Part shown: positions 24,246 to 38,723 of the stretch, in pieces
Layout: each line of letters starts with the position of its first letter
Position numbering within the stretch: position 1 is the stretch's first letter
Source: Phoronis australis
Taxonomy: Eukaryota; Animalia; Phoronida
Length of the DNA stretch: 64,000 nt
NCBI GenBank assembly: GCA_002633005.1
Contig: NMRA01000134.1
Coordinates: forward strand, 1 to 64,000
Direction: 5' to 3'
Notes under the pieces: generated by a model
Databases searched by the model: none
What the model was told of the DNA's origin: nothing
What the model saw: only the letters and a program-made list of their open reading frames with translations
Translations under genes and position numbers: made by a program

Positions 24246-27200
24246 TAAAAGTGGAGTTAGGTGCACTTAGTACTAGTTGTTCTGGGGTGGGCTGTGTGTG
24301 GATGGGACTTTAGTCAGCAGGGCTTGGAATTCTCTTTAAAGAGGATTTCTTCTTTTTTGGTTTGGATTTCCTATTATTTGATATCCAGTTTCCTCTTTTT
24401 TCATCTCTTATTTATCATGATTTTGACTATTCATGCAAAAACATTTCTTGTAATTAAGTTATACAACACAAAACATATTTCTACCACATAACCCAGTTTA
24501 TTTGTAGTATGATACATCACCTGGAAATTTTCCTTTTTTTTGTCATGGGTCATTCCAAGCCCTGAGTCAGCTCCGTCTGCGACTGAGTTGTGTATCCTGG
24601 TGACTTGGGCCTGTCAGCTGTTTTAACTGAAGTAGCTCAACTTTATTTTGACATGGAAGACCATTTGCAAGATGATTTTACATGGAGAAAAATAATGCAA
24701 AGCCGTCATTCAGATTTGTGCCTTTTTGATTTTAGATGTTTTTGAGTGCAATTATGTACAAACATCACTTGCATTTCGACTGACAACATCTGTGTTCTTC
24801 ACTGACAAAATTGTTGGTTTAAATTCACAGAGAAGAGGTGATTAAAAATAAGTAGCGTCTTTAAACCAAAATAAGTGGAAGATTCATTGGCTTTGCACCT
24901 TGATATTTTTGAGTTTCCAGTAGCAATAGTGTAATAAACTTCCAATTTATAAAATCAGAGTCATTTTTTTCGCCATCTCGTGCATTAAGAACACGCGACA
25001 GCTCACATGTTTACTTTAACGGCAAGGTTCAACCATTCATACAGTATACCCAGGTGCAGAGTCCAGATCCATTGGATGAATTTGGTCTGCTGACCAGAAC
25101 TGAAGTGTGAGTACATTTTGTGATTCCTTCCTTAGCAGAGAATAATTAACCTATCCACAGATAGACCACAAGCTAACAATAGTTTATGACTCTCTAATGC
25201 AGTGAGGATGTGATGAAACAGGGATAATGAGGTGGTAAATCAAGAGTAGCACTGAAGTGTGTGCAAATCTGGTGCTGCCTCAAACACCATTTTTACAAGT
25301 GGTTGCCCCCCTTGTTCACTGCAAAGTGCCTCTGGTTAGCCCCAATCAGCTACCCACAATATTGCCTTTGCCTCTGTTGAATACCAGTGGATTGTGGGTT
25401 TATGTAATGGAATTACTAGGCTCAAGTGATGCCTTGTAACATGAGATAATAGCCTCAGTGTAATGACCAGAACACAAAAGCCCAGCAGACACAGTCAGCT
25501 TTAACAAGACTAGCTGTGGATATACTGACACATCTTTAATGCTTAGACCACTTGCCTTACCAAAGTTATTTTCCCCTACAGTTAACTTTGCTACTACTGA
25601 AGCTTCTATGTTAACTGTGGTTATACTGCGTTAGTGTTCCCATCAGCTTCGGAGTTAAAGTTCTGCGAACTTTGGTCACATGGCTTGCTGTTTTTGACAG
25701 TGCTTGCTATCAAAAATGCCAAGGACCTGACTAATCCCTCTCCACATATGGAAACTAGCATGTCAACATCACAGGGCACCCAAGGGCTGTCACGTTGGGA
25801 TGATGGCAATGTACTAGAAAATGATATGTTGAGAAATTTGACTCTTGAGCAGGCTAACAGCTGATCCAAACAAAGGCGTTATGACATGGCGGGAACTCGT
25901 TTTGTATGCACTACACATTCAGTGATCTTTTTTATATGTAAAGAATCCAGCAAATTCTTGGATAAATTGAAACAGAATGGTAATACCGCCATGATAATAA
26001 TTATTCGATGTCCGTTAACTACCAAAGCGAGTATGAACAATTAAGTTAACTTCGCTCAGACCCTGGTTAAGTCAGTATAAAAATGCCTTTAAAATACACC
26101 TTGCATCTTGTCTGCCAAAGGTCTGTTCACAGCTCTGGGCACATTCCTAAAAGCAAAGATTCTATCTGTGAACCTATCAAAGACTTGGCATGTCTTAAGT
26201 GGTTTAGGTGTGATTATGTTGTCTAATTGCTATCTTGGCTTAATGTATAACCTGGTCATAAAATCTGTGTATTTAGTCAAAGGACATATTTCTGAGAGTA
26301 GAATTTAATTTTTAATTTGATGCCAATCTGTCCTTAAAGGCATGTGACCATGTTTTTTATAAAAAAATAGGAGAAAAGGTACATTCATAACGAAACAAAG
26401 GACACATTAACACAAAAAGTTTCTTGTGATACTAGATGTTAACGCTGTAACTGATTTCTAATCGTTTTGTATTCGTTTTATGCAACTTTTGACTTTTTTT
26501 CAGAAAAATACCAAAACCCTATTTTCTGACAACCCCTCATGCATAAGTCTATCACCTTAGAAACAATTCTGGCAGTTTCATGTGAAGATATGGTGAATCC
26601 AAGTAACCAAATTGGTAATTTTTCTAGGGTTCTACACAACCTTAAGTTGGTTAACTCTTTTGGATTGTGGAGACATGTTGCAGATTCAAGTTTCATAACT
26701 AGTGAAGATGTTACCGCAGTAACACTGTAATAGGATCATGGCCTGGTCATCAAGGTGCCATTAATGATTTTGGATTTAAGCTTACTGTTGCAATGTGCTT
26801 GAGATGTAATTTTCTGTTGCCTATGTGCAGTGGTATGTATGAATTCCTTATCTGATATAAAAAAAGTATGTTTGCAAATTTTGTTCCCATGTTTTTTGGA
26901 GGCCTTTTCATACTTACGTGGACACATCGATGTTTTGGGGAGTTGCGGTCAGTATGAACGGTCAACTTCGATCTCATCGAAGTTATTGCCATGTGCCACT
27001 GTTATTGTCAACAATTAAAGGGCAGTGTCATCGATAATAGTTCCTCATATGTTGCTCAAATAATTACCAGTGGAATTAGAAATGAGTTTTATGTCAATTA
27101 ACACACATAAATGTTCTCAAATTGTCACATGAAAAAAATCTTAGCGTGCATGGGATGCATCAGCACTACCTTGCTATTACTTTGATGACGGCATCCCACC

Positions 27201-27337
27201 TAATGTTTACTTAGATGCCATTAACCACCGAAACTTCACAGTTTACATCCACACTCCGCTCAGGTCATACTGGAGAAGTTATTATGAAAGGGCCTTATGC
27301 TGTTGAATACCTATTTCATCAATTGGAAGTTGAAGTA

Positions 27338-28650
27338 CCGTATTCGCCCTATTGAGCGCCTAGGGCGCTTAGAAAAATTTGCTTCAGGAAGGGGGGCGCT
27401 TATTATAGCGTAAAAGTGGTAGAAACCCGGTCTCCGAAACAGGTGAAATCGTAAGCTAGAATTCATCAAATTTACGCTCTGTGTCTCATCTGTAACCTAT
27501 GACAAAATTGCAGTGCATTGCTATCAAATTTTGTTGTTAAATTACGAACATTTTTCAGAAAATCCCAGTGTGAAAACTCGCCGACTGATGCGTCGCTGCC
27601 GATAGGTCAGCTTGAATTCTTGAGTAAAAATATAGTTTCGATTCAACAAATTACCTGAAGTCCTTAAGTTTTCAAAATGGCATCCCTAAGATTTTTAGTT
27701 CCTGTGGAATCTGTATAAACAGCATATTAAGATCGTACTCCGCAACACGAGAAAAATCTCTGGACGAACATACATGTTGTTGTCACGTGACGTTTGTTTT
27801 GAAGTTCGTCTGCGTATTGTGTGAGTGAGCGAGCGCGTGCGTGTCATCAGAGTTCGCCAGAGTAAATGCGATGTAATTATATGAGTGCTCATTGTAACTA
27901 AGGAAACTAACACAAGCAGTAAAGCAGAATGTGTTTTATTTAGCACTTGTTGATCTCATCTGCTTAAAAACGTTCGAGAATTGTCTCGGTAAGGCTGATG
28001 TCATTGAGTCGCCAGGTGACTGGATGCGTGACAGTCTAACAGTTATTTTTCGGGAGATTTGGGGGGTGTAAGGGTGCAGAAATGTTCACTATCAATGGGT
28101 CATTTTAACTTTAAAAACACCAATTACGACTAATTTAATAATTCCTCCTTAAAAATAATGAAAACGTTCTTAAAAATAATGAAAACGTTTGTTACGGTAT
28201 TAGAAACTTTCAGAAATAAGTGCCAGTATTTATTTCTTGCCGATGCTATGCTACCCGTTTTATGAATAGATAGTTCCCGAAGAGTAATCTTCGACGACAG
28301 GTACTTGAATGTAGCACGTGCTTTCTGGCCACGTGCTTTTAACTGAACAAAGGTCAATTTTTTATTAGTCTTCGATTCGCGCTTGCGTTCTTTTTGAAGC
28401 ACGGCAGAAATTTGAAGTATATAGTCACGACTACCGTAAATACCGACATAGCGGCGAGGCTCGTGGTCTACAAATTCCATGCACAATGATTTTTTCAGGA
28501 GTGTCGGATCTTATACATAAATTGAAGATTTTACTGTAGAATTTTAGAACTGTAGGTAAGGCATTTTTCGCGTGTACACGGCGTTCACGGACTGGGCTCT
28601 TATAAGTCTGAAAACGCGTGGGGCATGGGCGCTTATTAGGGCGAATACAG
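27338..28650. mobile_element. Tc1/mariner (pogo/Tigger-like) non-autonomous element, 1.3 kb
   Basis: TA|CCGTATTCGCCCTATTGAGCGCC ... GGCGCTTATTAGGGCGAATACAG|TA: about 23-bp TIR with TA target duplication. CpG-rich interior, no transposase ORF seen. Confidence 0.85.
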
Positions 28651-29211
28651 TATTTGGATGTGCAACTGAGAGACAAAATTTTAAGTTCTAAAAATAGATA
28701 CTAGTTTGTTCCTAGATAAACTGATACCTTGTAATTTAAATTTCACCAGGGACCGAGACCAACGAAATTTACTTGAGTCTTGACACAAAAATTGATCAGT
28801 TATTTGAAATTTTACTCAAAGCCTGCTACATGTACGTACATGAATGAGCAATTTTTCAGTGGAGCAGCTCCCGCTCTTTGGTGGTTACTTACCATAGAAA
28901 TCGTAAATCGTTATAAATTATCTAAAGCTTTCATGTTGTAAAGCCTTTAATCTGGTCTGGGAAGGAATCAAATTGTGATTTCAGAAATTCATTCTGTTTT
29001 TACCTTAATCAGCAAGAACGTTCAAAAACTAACAATCTAACAAATTTCTTTTGCAATCATCTATAGTTCTGTGAAAATTACTTGAGAAATTATGCAGGAA
29101 CTTCATGCAACGTGTTGATGTTTAGACCAATGCTAATACAAAATCAGTAAAGCTGTTTAATTAATGCTAACAACAACTAACAAAGACAAAAACAAAGTGA
29201 GAAGGTATTAA

Positions 29212-30173
29212 TGGCCCTGTCACACCTTGACGATTTAGCCAGCGTATGCCGACATATCAGAATTTCCCTAAAACGCTGGCATACGCTGAATTATCGAATT
29301 TTTTTTTCAATTTTGGGCGTATACATAGCGTATTCATAACGAGTTGGACGTATACATAACGTATCAGTAAATTATATAGAAAGTTTCGATAACTTATAGA
29401 TAACTTATTCCAACGAATGCCTAGCGTGTTGCCGGCATACACAACTTATGCCCAACGATAGTCTAACTTATGCATAGCGTGCAGCAGCGTATTGCTGACG
29501 ATCACGTGTCGTAGTCTATAAAAAGGCTAAGGAGAACAGCTAGTAGGTATTCTCGTCTCAGCCTTGCCGGATCCTCCATCTCTCGGATGATATGAACATC
29601 TGCTCACCATGAAATCTAGAGGAGTACTGACGGGTTCCTCCTGTGAACCCCATTTTTATATCCCAATTCCCCTAAACGCTACCAATACGCCATTATACGG
29701 CAGCTGTACGTTAGAAACACGTTCAGTAAGTTCTGTGGTCGTCCGGAACATGTTAAATACGTCTACATACGTCAATATGCGTAGGAGATAAGTTCGATAT
29801 AAGTTATACATACGTTCAAAGCACGTTACTCATAAGTTTTGGGTACGCTAGACATTATCTCGACGTATTTGGACTTATGAGTAACCTACACTTAACGTGT
29901 TTGAACGTGTGTCAACGATCGCATAACTTACCTATTACTTATGGCCTGCGTATACGGGACGTATAGCCATACGCTGACATACGTTGAGAAATTTTGAGCA
30001 TGCACAAAATTTTTTGACGACCTCGACGTACTTCGACGTATACCAACGTGCTTCAGCGTGCTGTTAACGTATACAAAACTTACCCATAACTTATTCGACG
30101 TACGCCAGCGTATTTGCCAAATTTTTCATACGTCGGCATACGCTGGCTAAATCGTCAAGGTGTGACAGGGCCT
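29212..30173. mobile_element. young PIF/Harbinger-like MITE, about 960 bp
   Basis: Perfect 41-bp TIR GGCCCTGTCACACCTTGACGATTTAGCCAGCGTATGCCGAC at 29213-29253 and its reverse complement at 30132-30172. TAA flanks both sides if one mismatched terminal base is included. Interior dense in ATACG/CGTAT/ACGT motifs. Confidence 0.9.
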
Positions 30174-30227
30174 TAAGCAGTCAATTGAAAAAAGGTTAAG
30201 AGTTGAAGAGATGTTGTGTGCTGTCTT

Positions 30228-30715
30228 ACACCTGGTAATGGGAGGACAGTTAGAGACCAATGAGACCCAAATGCTTGCTAATGAATGGTAGTGAGGGACA
30301 GTGAGAGACTAGTGGGACCAAGTACTTGCTAACACCTGATAATGGGGGGACAGTGAGAGACCAATGGGACCAAGTGGTGGCTTAGACCTGGTAGTGGGGA
30401 ACAGTGAGTCGAACTTAAGACCTCTTTCTTGAAACGGGCTTGAGACAAATTTAACTTTTATCTTAAAATTGACCGAAATTTGAGATTTGTCTTAGCTAAG
30501 TCAGTTTTCTTCCAAAGGTTCCCTAGATTACACCTGGTAGTGGGGGACATCGAGAGACACTCGAGGCCTTGCGATGGATATCACCTGGTAGTGGGGGACA
30601 TCGAGAGACACTAGAGGTGTGAGGTGGATATCACCTGGTAGTGGGGGACATCGAGAGACACTAGAGGCCTTGCGGTGGATATCACCTGGTAGCAGGGAGA
30701 GTCTGAGAGACACTG
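30228..30715. repeat. about 50-52-bp minisatellite in two blocks separated by a 120-bp unrelated segment
   Basis: CACCTGGTAGTGGGGGACA..GAGAGAC units: 4 degenerate copies at 30228-30410 and 4 more homogeneous copies at 30531-30715. Confidence 0.85.
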
Positions 30716-31471
30716 TCATTTTGCTTTAGGTTATGAATGTGGGCTAGTAGGTCTATTTCATTACCTGGGTTGGTTATGAGCCTGTGGTATGAGTGTGATT
30801 TCTGTAACTGTCTGGTCAGGTTATAGAACAGTTGCTGATGGAGTTACTAATCCATATGATTTAGTTAGTAATAATTAGCAATCTGGCATTCTTTTGGTAG
30901 ACAACAATGTGTCATAACCTTATTACACCTTCATGATCTGATGTAACTAAGTAACTAGACTACATAATGAGCTGTTTTTGGATGACCTGAAATATTATCT
31001 TTGGTGTAATGAGATTACAATTATTACATAACTGGCTTCCTGCTCTCAGATACAAGTTTTACTGAAAGGAGCTCATCCACTCGAATGTCTATAACATTTA
31101 ATCATTTAATTTAGTCCTCATTTCTCATCTTCAAGATGTCTACTTTTATGTAAGTACACATTTCAGAATCGGCAAGGAATAAATCCCCAGACCATGGATT
31201 TTGAAACGAGTTACCATTTGAGTGATTAGAACCAATGCATTTTTTATGATACGAAATAAAAAGTGATAAACAAAAGTTTATTCTTATAAGGTGGAACTTA
31301 GTGATGGGCTGACTCCAAGTCAAGCATGCATGCCCAATTTCTCCTAAGCAATCATACACACAAATTTGCAGGAAAGGACACACATAACCAATGATTGTTT
31401 TGGTTCCATTTCTTACCTTTGACAACAAACTGTTTACTAGTAGATGTCAATATTTGCATTATGAGAACGGT

Positions 31472-31598
31472 GTTGATGTTACCTTCATAAAGTTAACAGG
31501 CCATTAGCTATCTTGACAGTGTGTGTAGTTGATGTTACCTTCATAAAGTTAACAGGCCATTAGCTATCTTGACAGAATGTGTAGTTGGTGTTACCTTC
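31472..31598. repeat. 56-bp tandem repeat, 2.3 copies
   Basis: GTTGATGTTACCTTCATAAAGTTAACAGGCCATTAGCTATCTTGACAG at 31472 and 31528, partial at 31584. Confidence 0.9.
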
Positions 31599-34500
31599 TT
31601 AGAGTAAACAGATCTTCTGTCTTCGTATTTTTCAGGGAAGAAGCCTATTGCTGTGTGGACTTTTGAGAAAGCTTTATGACATTTCAATATTTCTATACTG
31701 TACCGAATTCACAAATTGTCAGTTTTTCTTAAACTATGATTTTTCATTAAATTGCAATATCTGGTATTGTGATATGGTGTTCTCAATCTTGCACAATTTT
31801 GCACAAACTTGCAACTGCCAGTATCTCACATGTACTTGGCGTATGCATAGCTAACTCTCAAATGTAGAATTGTTAAAAACACATGAAGTGTGTGTTGTTA
31901 ATTTAAACTAGTCCGCATACCATTAATTAGGACAGTGCTGGGTTTCATGATATACATTTGAAATTTGATTATTGATTATAGTTGTTAATTGGTTGCTAAT
32001 TACAGTACCATTATCAACAGTGAAAAGCTGTCAAGATTTCCATCTAAAGTAGATGTCTAGGAACTCTTACAGTAATTCATGCACAAATCAATGTAAACAC
32101 ACTGTTGAAATAAATGTTTACAAGCCTTAAAATGGCTATAAACTCACTATCTGTCAATAAACTAAGTTCTAATTTTAAACACTTACCAATAAAACTGGTC
32201 AACTTGTTCATAACTCATATTATGAGAAGTGGTTTTGGCTTGTGTAAATTGACAGTACATTATAGCTTGGCATGGTAAGCTAACTCATGTAACTTGGTCG
32301 CAAGCAATGACCACCTTTCCGGCCAGGTATCATTTGTAGTTTGAGTGAAGGAAGAATTGGAAGTCTAATTCAAAACAATTAGCCATTCTGTGTTAGGATA
32401 AAGTCCCACCAATTTAAAGATGTATTTGCTTGCCCCTAAATATGCAAATGTAGGAACTAAAGGACAGTGCTGTTTAAACATAATCTACGCTAAACAAAGT
32501 GCAGTTGTATTCATTGACAATATGTAAATGTGAAAACAAAAAATTTTGCAAATACGGGTAGGTGATCTCTCCACCAGTGACGTACCCCGTGGGTTCATAT
32601 AGCCCGGACACAATTCAGTGATATGCAGTGGATTGTTTTCGCTGGAAAACTCGTTCTAAAAAAAATTTGGCAATTTTCTACCTAACTCATATTCACATCA
32701 TCGTTACATGTTGTGTTTCTGACAAATTTGGCCAAGCAATCACTGAGATAAGGAATCAGACTGCAAGTTCCACTTTAAGATACAGTATGATTGATAAATG
32801 AAATTTATTGTATCATTTTTTCCATTAAACGTCTGTAGTTCCAAGTTATGATTTCCATGTTCAAGTACAGCTCTACCATTACTTAAACATTTGAAAAATG
32901 CGTGTATTCAGAACAATGTTAGAATCCCCTGATCAATGAAAATATGTGTTGGGCAATTATTTTTGTCCAAAATTTGTGAAATTGTACCTTACAACGAAAC
33001 ATGGAAATGATGCGAGGGAAGACAATAGAAATGTGTTAAGGGAATTATGTCACCCCGGAGTTTCTGGTCACTGTCACAAGAGCTTCTGATTGTAATGCAT
33101 TGATAGTTTGATGAATAAAAAGCTCAGTTAATTTAATTTTCGTAAACAGAACTGAAGTGCTTCCTTGTTTAGCTGGTATGAAAAGGAAAAACTCTTGAAT
33201 TGGGTTTGCCACCTGTAAACCTCCCACAAAGAAAATGACGCCTGTGGGGGATTGTATTGGCTGTCTAGTCAACAGTCCATTACCTAGATAGATGTAGAGA
33301 ACAAAGATGTCTGCTCAGGTAGTTAAAGTAATTTGTTGTCTAAGCAGTCTGTCAATGGATGTAGGATAGACCAACTCAATATTATCCTGGCTGGAGAGCT
33401 CTTGAAACCCTCCTGATCTGTATTTACTTTTCTCTGTAGGCCCTGAGAGATGTCTACCACTATATTGTGCTACATGCCACTGCCTGTTTCCAATCTTGTT
33501 TGTTGGCTGTCATTTAACCACTGATTATTGTCAGTCAATTTAAAAGTTTGTTTAGGCGCAAGAAATATTCTGGGTGAAAAGTTAGGAGAATAGGTGCAAA
33601 CAACAAAGTGCTGTAGCCTATGATAGCTGGTGAAGTACCGTACTTCAAGAAGCGCTATCATTATTGGGTCCAGTAAAGTGATTTTCTGAGATCAGCCTCA
33701 ACACTTAATTGAATCGGCAACCCCGACTGTTGCAGCCTAATGCTCTGCTAGCAGAGCTGAAATCCACTCAATTATTGGTTATAGTTGCCTACCTTGGATT
33801 TCAGTGATTATCTGGCAGACAATGGCAGGAATTGGGAATCTGTAATAAAATAACAGAAACATAACAGAGTTTGTTGTTTGTAGCTTAGGTCAAAGGTAAT
33901 AACCTCACAAAGTCTATACCATCCAATAAACCAAAAAGGTGGTTTTTAGTCATAAATGAGAATATGTCTTTAACTTTATCATTATCCTTGTTGAACTTAC
34001 CTGACTTATGTCCCGATGATTATTATTATTATTAATACCTTCAAGTTTTTGTGTGACTTCTGCCAGCTGAATATTTGTGCACCAGATACAAGACTAGGAA
34101 GTTGCAAAGGGGATAGGACCAACAGCTATTTTTGAAGGAAAATATTTGTGCCGTCCCGAAAAATGTCATGCCACATCCTGAAAGGTTGAGGGTCACACGC
34201 AAAACCTGTGCGGTGTAGGTAATTCCAACAATAGACACTTTACATTGAGATTAATAAAATTTCTAGAAATCACATTATCAAGCCATGGTATGCCTATCTC
34301 TCATTTGTAATTGTTGAGCTCGTCAAAAGTTGTGATATATTTTATGAAGGGGGCTTCTCGACAGCAGGACCTGATTTTATGATGGGGATATCACTATAGT
34401 GACACCTGACTTCGCGACAGGGACTTTGCCATAAACTGTAATACCTGGTGTTATTTATGTCTTTGCTGGAGTTAATGTGTTGAAGCTGTGTTCTAATTGA

Positions 34501-36383
34501 TCTTGTCATTGTCACTGTTGTAATTGATTTAAAATTCAGACTATGACAGCTGGCTATTCCGTTAGTCAATTTTATGTTTGCTTGTATTGTATAATATTAC
34601 ATGAAATCAATTTAATTGGCTAAATGTTGGAATTGCATGTGAAATGTCTTCTGGATTTTGAATTTTAGAACAGTTCAATTGCTCCACATATTTTCTTTTC
34701 ACTGTTAGAGAGCACTGTTTGTACAAAGATCTTGATTCAAGTCACTTCCCTTCTAATTCACCTGTGCTGATTACCTATCTATTATCACAGTGGATTGGTA
34801 AACAGAGTTGACAGTTGTCCATTACTACTGTCCCCTGAATTTGATCACCATTGTAATGTATTGTACTGGAACTATGAAGACATGGAAAATATTGTCTTTC
34901 CACTCAGGAAGCTTTTGTTTACAGCGTTGCATCATGTTGTTCCTTGAGATAACACTGGCTACCTGTGACACTCAGGTAATGTCATGCCTGTCTGTCCACT
35001 TTCCCACCACATGATTGGCAGGTTGTCAATGGCCTCAATTGGAAAGTGTAATTGTTGAAAATTACCTAAAACAAGGCGGTAGATAGACTTGAGCCATTAT
35101 CAGTTTGATCTGTTAACGAATCAATACTTTAGTGTTTCAGTGTTTTTTCTTCACCAGTTTCTGCATAATGTAATGTTTATGTAGTATAACCTTGAATAGT
35201 CCTTCTAGCTGACTAAAAAGAAAATCAACGTATACCTTTTACTCTCAGCAAATCAATCTCACAGTATTTTTTGCCATGATATGATTTTATTTTCTTTATC
35301 AACAACAACATTGAAACCATCAGCATCATAAGAAAATTCTTCCGAGTGATGGTGTTAGCTGCGCTAAAATTGCAAATTCAAAAATGCATGTAAGCATTGC
35401 TCAAGACTTGATTTGTTAATGGACATGGAATCCAAAGCACCACCTATTGAGTATACAGCCTTTACATTTCATCAACCCACAGGTTTCATTCCTAGTTTAG
35501 TTACAGACTGTTGTGTTTGAATTTCAAACTTGTTAGTTTAAGGTGCTAGTATTCGAGACAAATGATGTGAAAGTCTGCCTTGTAGTCTTCAAATATTGCA
35601 TTGGTTGGTCTTGTTCAACTTTACATGACCACCTGTAATTTACACATGCCCCTGTACTTTTGTGTAAGCATCCACCCAGGTGTGTTTGTGTGATAAGCTA
35701 ATAGTGCCTCAAATATCCATAGTACCCTGTGTGCAAGTTGGGGGGTTGTATACAAAAGTCTATATCGCATGCACTTCCGCACACATTGTGATAGTCACCT
35801 TGGCCATTACAATGTACCCCCTCTAGTAAGTGCTTTGCATGGCTCCATTCATAAATTGTACTAGTATGTGGGACTATCCATTATGCAATAGACAAATGTT
35901 GAGTGTCAGTTTAGTGAACAAGTGCAGTATTCCTCAAGTGTCAATATGACAATACCTTAAACTGGCAGGGCTAGGAATACTGATAGCTCCTAGGAGAGTA
36001 AGTACATGTCAAAAAATTCTGTTTTGTTTGTTAAATTGTAAACTGTAATTTAAAGGGATTTCTTAGGAAAATTGCTTGAAAAAATCAAAATCGGTAGAAT
36101 GAATTGCAGCAGAAACTTTTTGCTAAATTGTATTTCCCATCTGAATAGCTTAGTTTTCAGAAGAGTAGGCACTACATTGTTTTTATGAATTCTGTGACTT
36201 CTTGTTATGCAGTGAGTTCCCAGCCTTATTCCAAGATAACAACTCAAGCTCCTCAAGGACCAGGGCTTGTAAAAATTCTTTAAAAAGTTTCAGTTGAACA
36301 GATTAAATTAGATATCATGAATATTCTTGTACAGATAAAGATGCACAGATAAACATGCACATTTCTTTTGACAATTTTTTTCT

Positions 36384-36437
36384 TACTAAATAATTTAATA
36401 CTGCTCAGAGTACTAAATAATTTAATACTGCTCAGAG
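36384..36437. repeat. perfect 27-bp tandem duplication
   Basis: TACTAAATAATTTAATACTGCTCAGAG twice. Confidence 0.9.
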
Positions 36438-38636
36438 AGTAAACAGTAAATGTATTTCTTGTGACACTGTAACCAGTTATCTAGCTACTAGTGTTTTTGA
36501 ACTCTACAGTCTACAACTTTTATGGGTGTGTCCCAAGAATAACCAACTCTTGCTCTGTTGACCCATCTTGTTACCAACATCTCAATGAATGGAGAGCAGA
36601 CTCAGCACTTCATCAGGGTGGTGGTCAAAAGGTCCCACATGACTACCTGGCTGACTGCATTTGTACAGGCAGTACAATTGATTTATTAGTGCCACCTAGT
36701 GGATTTTGAGGTGCCCATTGCACTTAACAAATTAATTTTTACACTGTTTGACATTTACTTTACAACAGTATGTTTTGACAGCATTTTGGTGAATGGCTTA
36801 AGAAAATTTTAAATGGTGTGTAAGCCTATTGTGGTAAACCTTGATTTGCCCATAGAAATTTTTGTTCTTAAGCCATTTTCCTGGAATCTAGTTGCCTGAA
36901 GTGTCATCCAGTGTGAAAACACAAAGCTGTCTTGCTCAATCCTTGTAAATTGTTATTCTTTCCACTGTAAGTTATTCTGTCAAATCCAATAACTGGACAG
37001 CTAGTGAATTAAAATCACTGGACCAAAATCTGAAGTTGTCACTAGTTTCACCTCTATTGTGTCATTATTACCTTGGTGAAAATGTAAGGTCTCCTGTCAG
37101 AAGCAAGCCTGCTTGATTTCCTGGGAAACCTACACAGTAGAATCCACCGGTTTTAAAGCTTATTTGCCTAAATGGGAAATCTTGCATTGAATATGAAAAC
37201 TGTTTACTTTCAGTGGACATAAATGTTTAGCAATATCTATTCTACTGTTATACAGACATGCACTATTATTGGTGTAACTAGTTAGTATGACCACCTTGCT
37301 TCTACTAATCATCTGGTCATGTAAAGATTCCAGCTCCAATCAGATGAGTTTGCAGAGCTGAAAAATGGCTATATCAGATGACAATCAGATGATTGTTGGG
37401 TGTTTATTGTGGTCCAATTTATACTCACTGAGATCATACATCAGTAGATGGTGAGATGTCTGGACAGTCTGGACAGTGATTGTGATGGCTTCTAGTGATC
37501 ATTGATGCTGTCTCCATATATTTATGTTTGTCTGCTGATTATTGTTAGGGCAGGTCAGATTAACATCAGCTCACATTATGCCTTGGTTACAGTGATCTGT
37601 TCAGGTTATCTTTGCATGGTTTTGTTGACAAATTATGTGAATTACCAGTTAACTCCAGCCTTGTCCAGGTGGTGCTGATAGTGTGGTTGTGGTGCCAATA
37701 GATAGCAATTGTTCCCCTCCACCCCTCCTGGTGAATTTTGTTTAAAATGAAAACATGTTTATATTGCTTCATTTAGATATTGTTACAAGTTCTAACTTGA
37801 TTATTTTATGGTTGCATACACACCACATGTGGTGTTTTACTTGGGATGTATGTGATGTCAGCAAAAACTTGGATTCTTTCATGTTGAAAGCCTCTCATGA
37901 ATATATCGAAGTTGCTTGAGTTTGATTAAGGTTGTGCAAGACTTCATCGACATGCCTGCATTCAGACAAAACTGTAAAATTTAAGTCAGTAAAAGTACAC
38001 GTTTTCTGAAAGAAAGCCAGTAGAACTAGATTTTTGCATTTCCAGTAATACCAATCTGCCATTGATTCTGACCATGTCCATTTAGTAAAATTTAGCAAGA
38101 AAGAATGGCATATGATAACAAACTTACATGTCAATAACATGGGCAAATTTAATTTGATATGAATGCTCAAGATGAAATCTTTAAATGCAGTTATTTTTGT
38201 AAATTATCATTCCGTTTTCATGTAATGCGCCTCTTGTCTTTTTTCATTGATAGCCCCTCTTGCAAACGCAGATCACTTTAAAAACTATTTCTAACATCAT
38301 ATAAAGAGTGGTGTATGAAAGTTTCCTTTGAATCTGACCTGATAACTATTTATGAGATATTATGTTTGAAAGTAAGTCCTACTTACCACCAACGTTTGTA
38401 CTATATTTCCGACAACTTGGTAACATTTTGAGGGTTTGTAGTTAGGGTAGTACTGTATTAAAAAACTATTTGAAAAATGGAAGTTAGCCAGTCATTTTTG
38501 CGCAGAGTAGATGAAAGTTAAACTTCTGCAACCAATGAATAAATTGTGTTTGTCCACATTTTTTTCATAATATTTTGTCATTTATTTCCACTTTTTGACA
38601 TATAATGACATATAATTCCTTGTGTATTTGTTGCAG

Positions 38637-38723
38637 ATGCATTTTGCCAGTGAGTCATGAATGGTCAAAAAGGCAGTGGACGGAAATGTAAAGTGGTCTT
38701 CGAAGATACCTACAAACTAACAA
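38637..38723 (+). other. candidate 87-nt exon containing an ATG that stays open to the donor
   Basis: Acceptor CCTTGTGTATTTGTTGCAG| and donor CAA|GTAAGT. The ATG at 38657 reads MNGQKGSGRKCKVVFEDTYKLT to a phase-1 donor. Confidence 0.35.
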
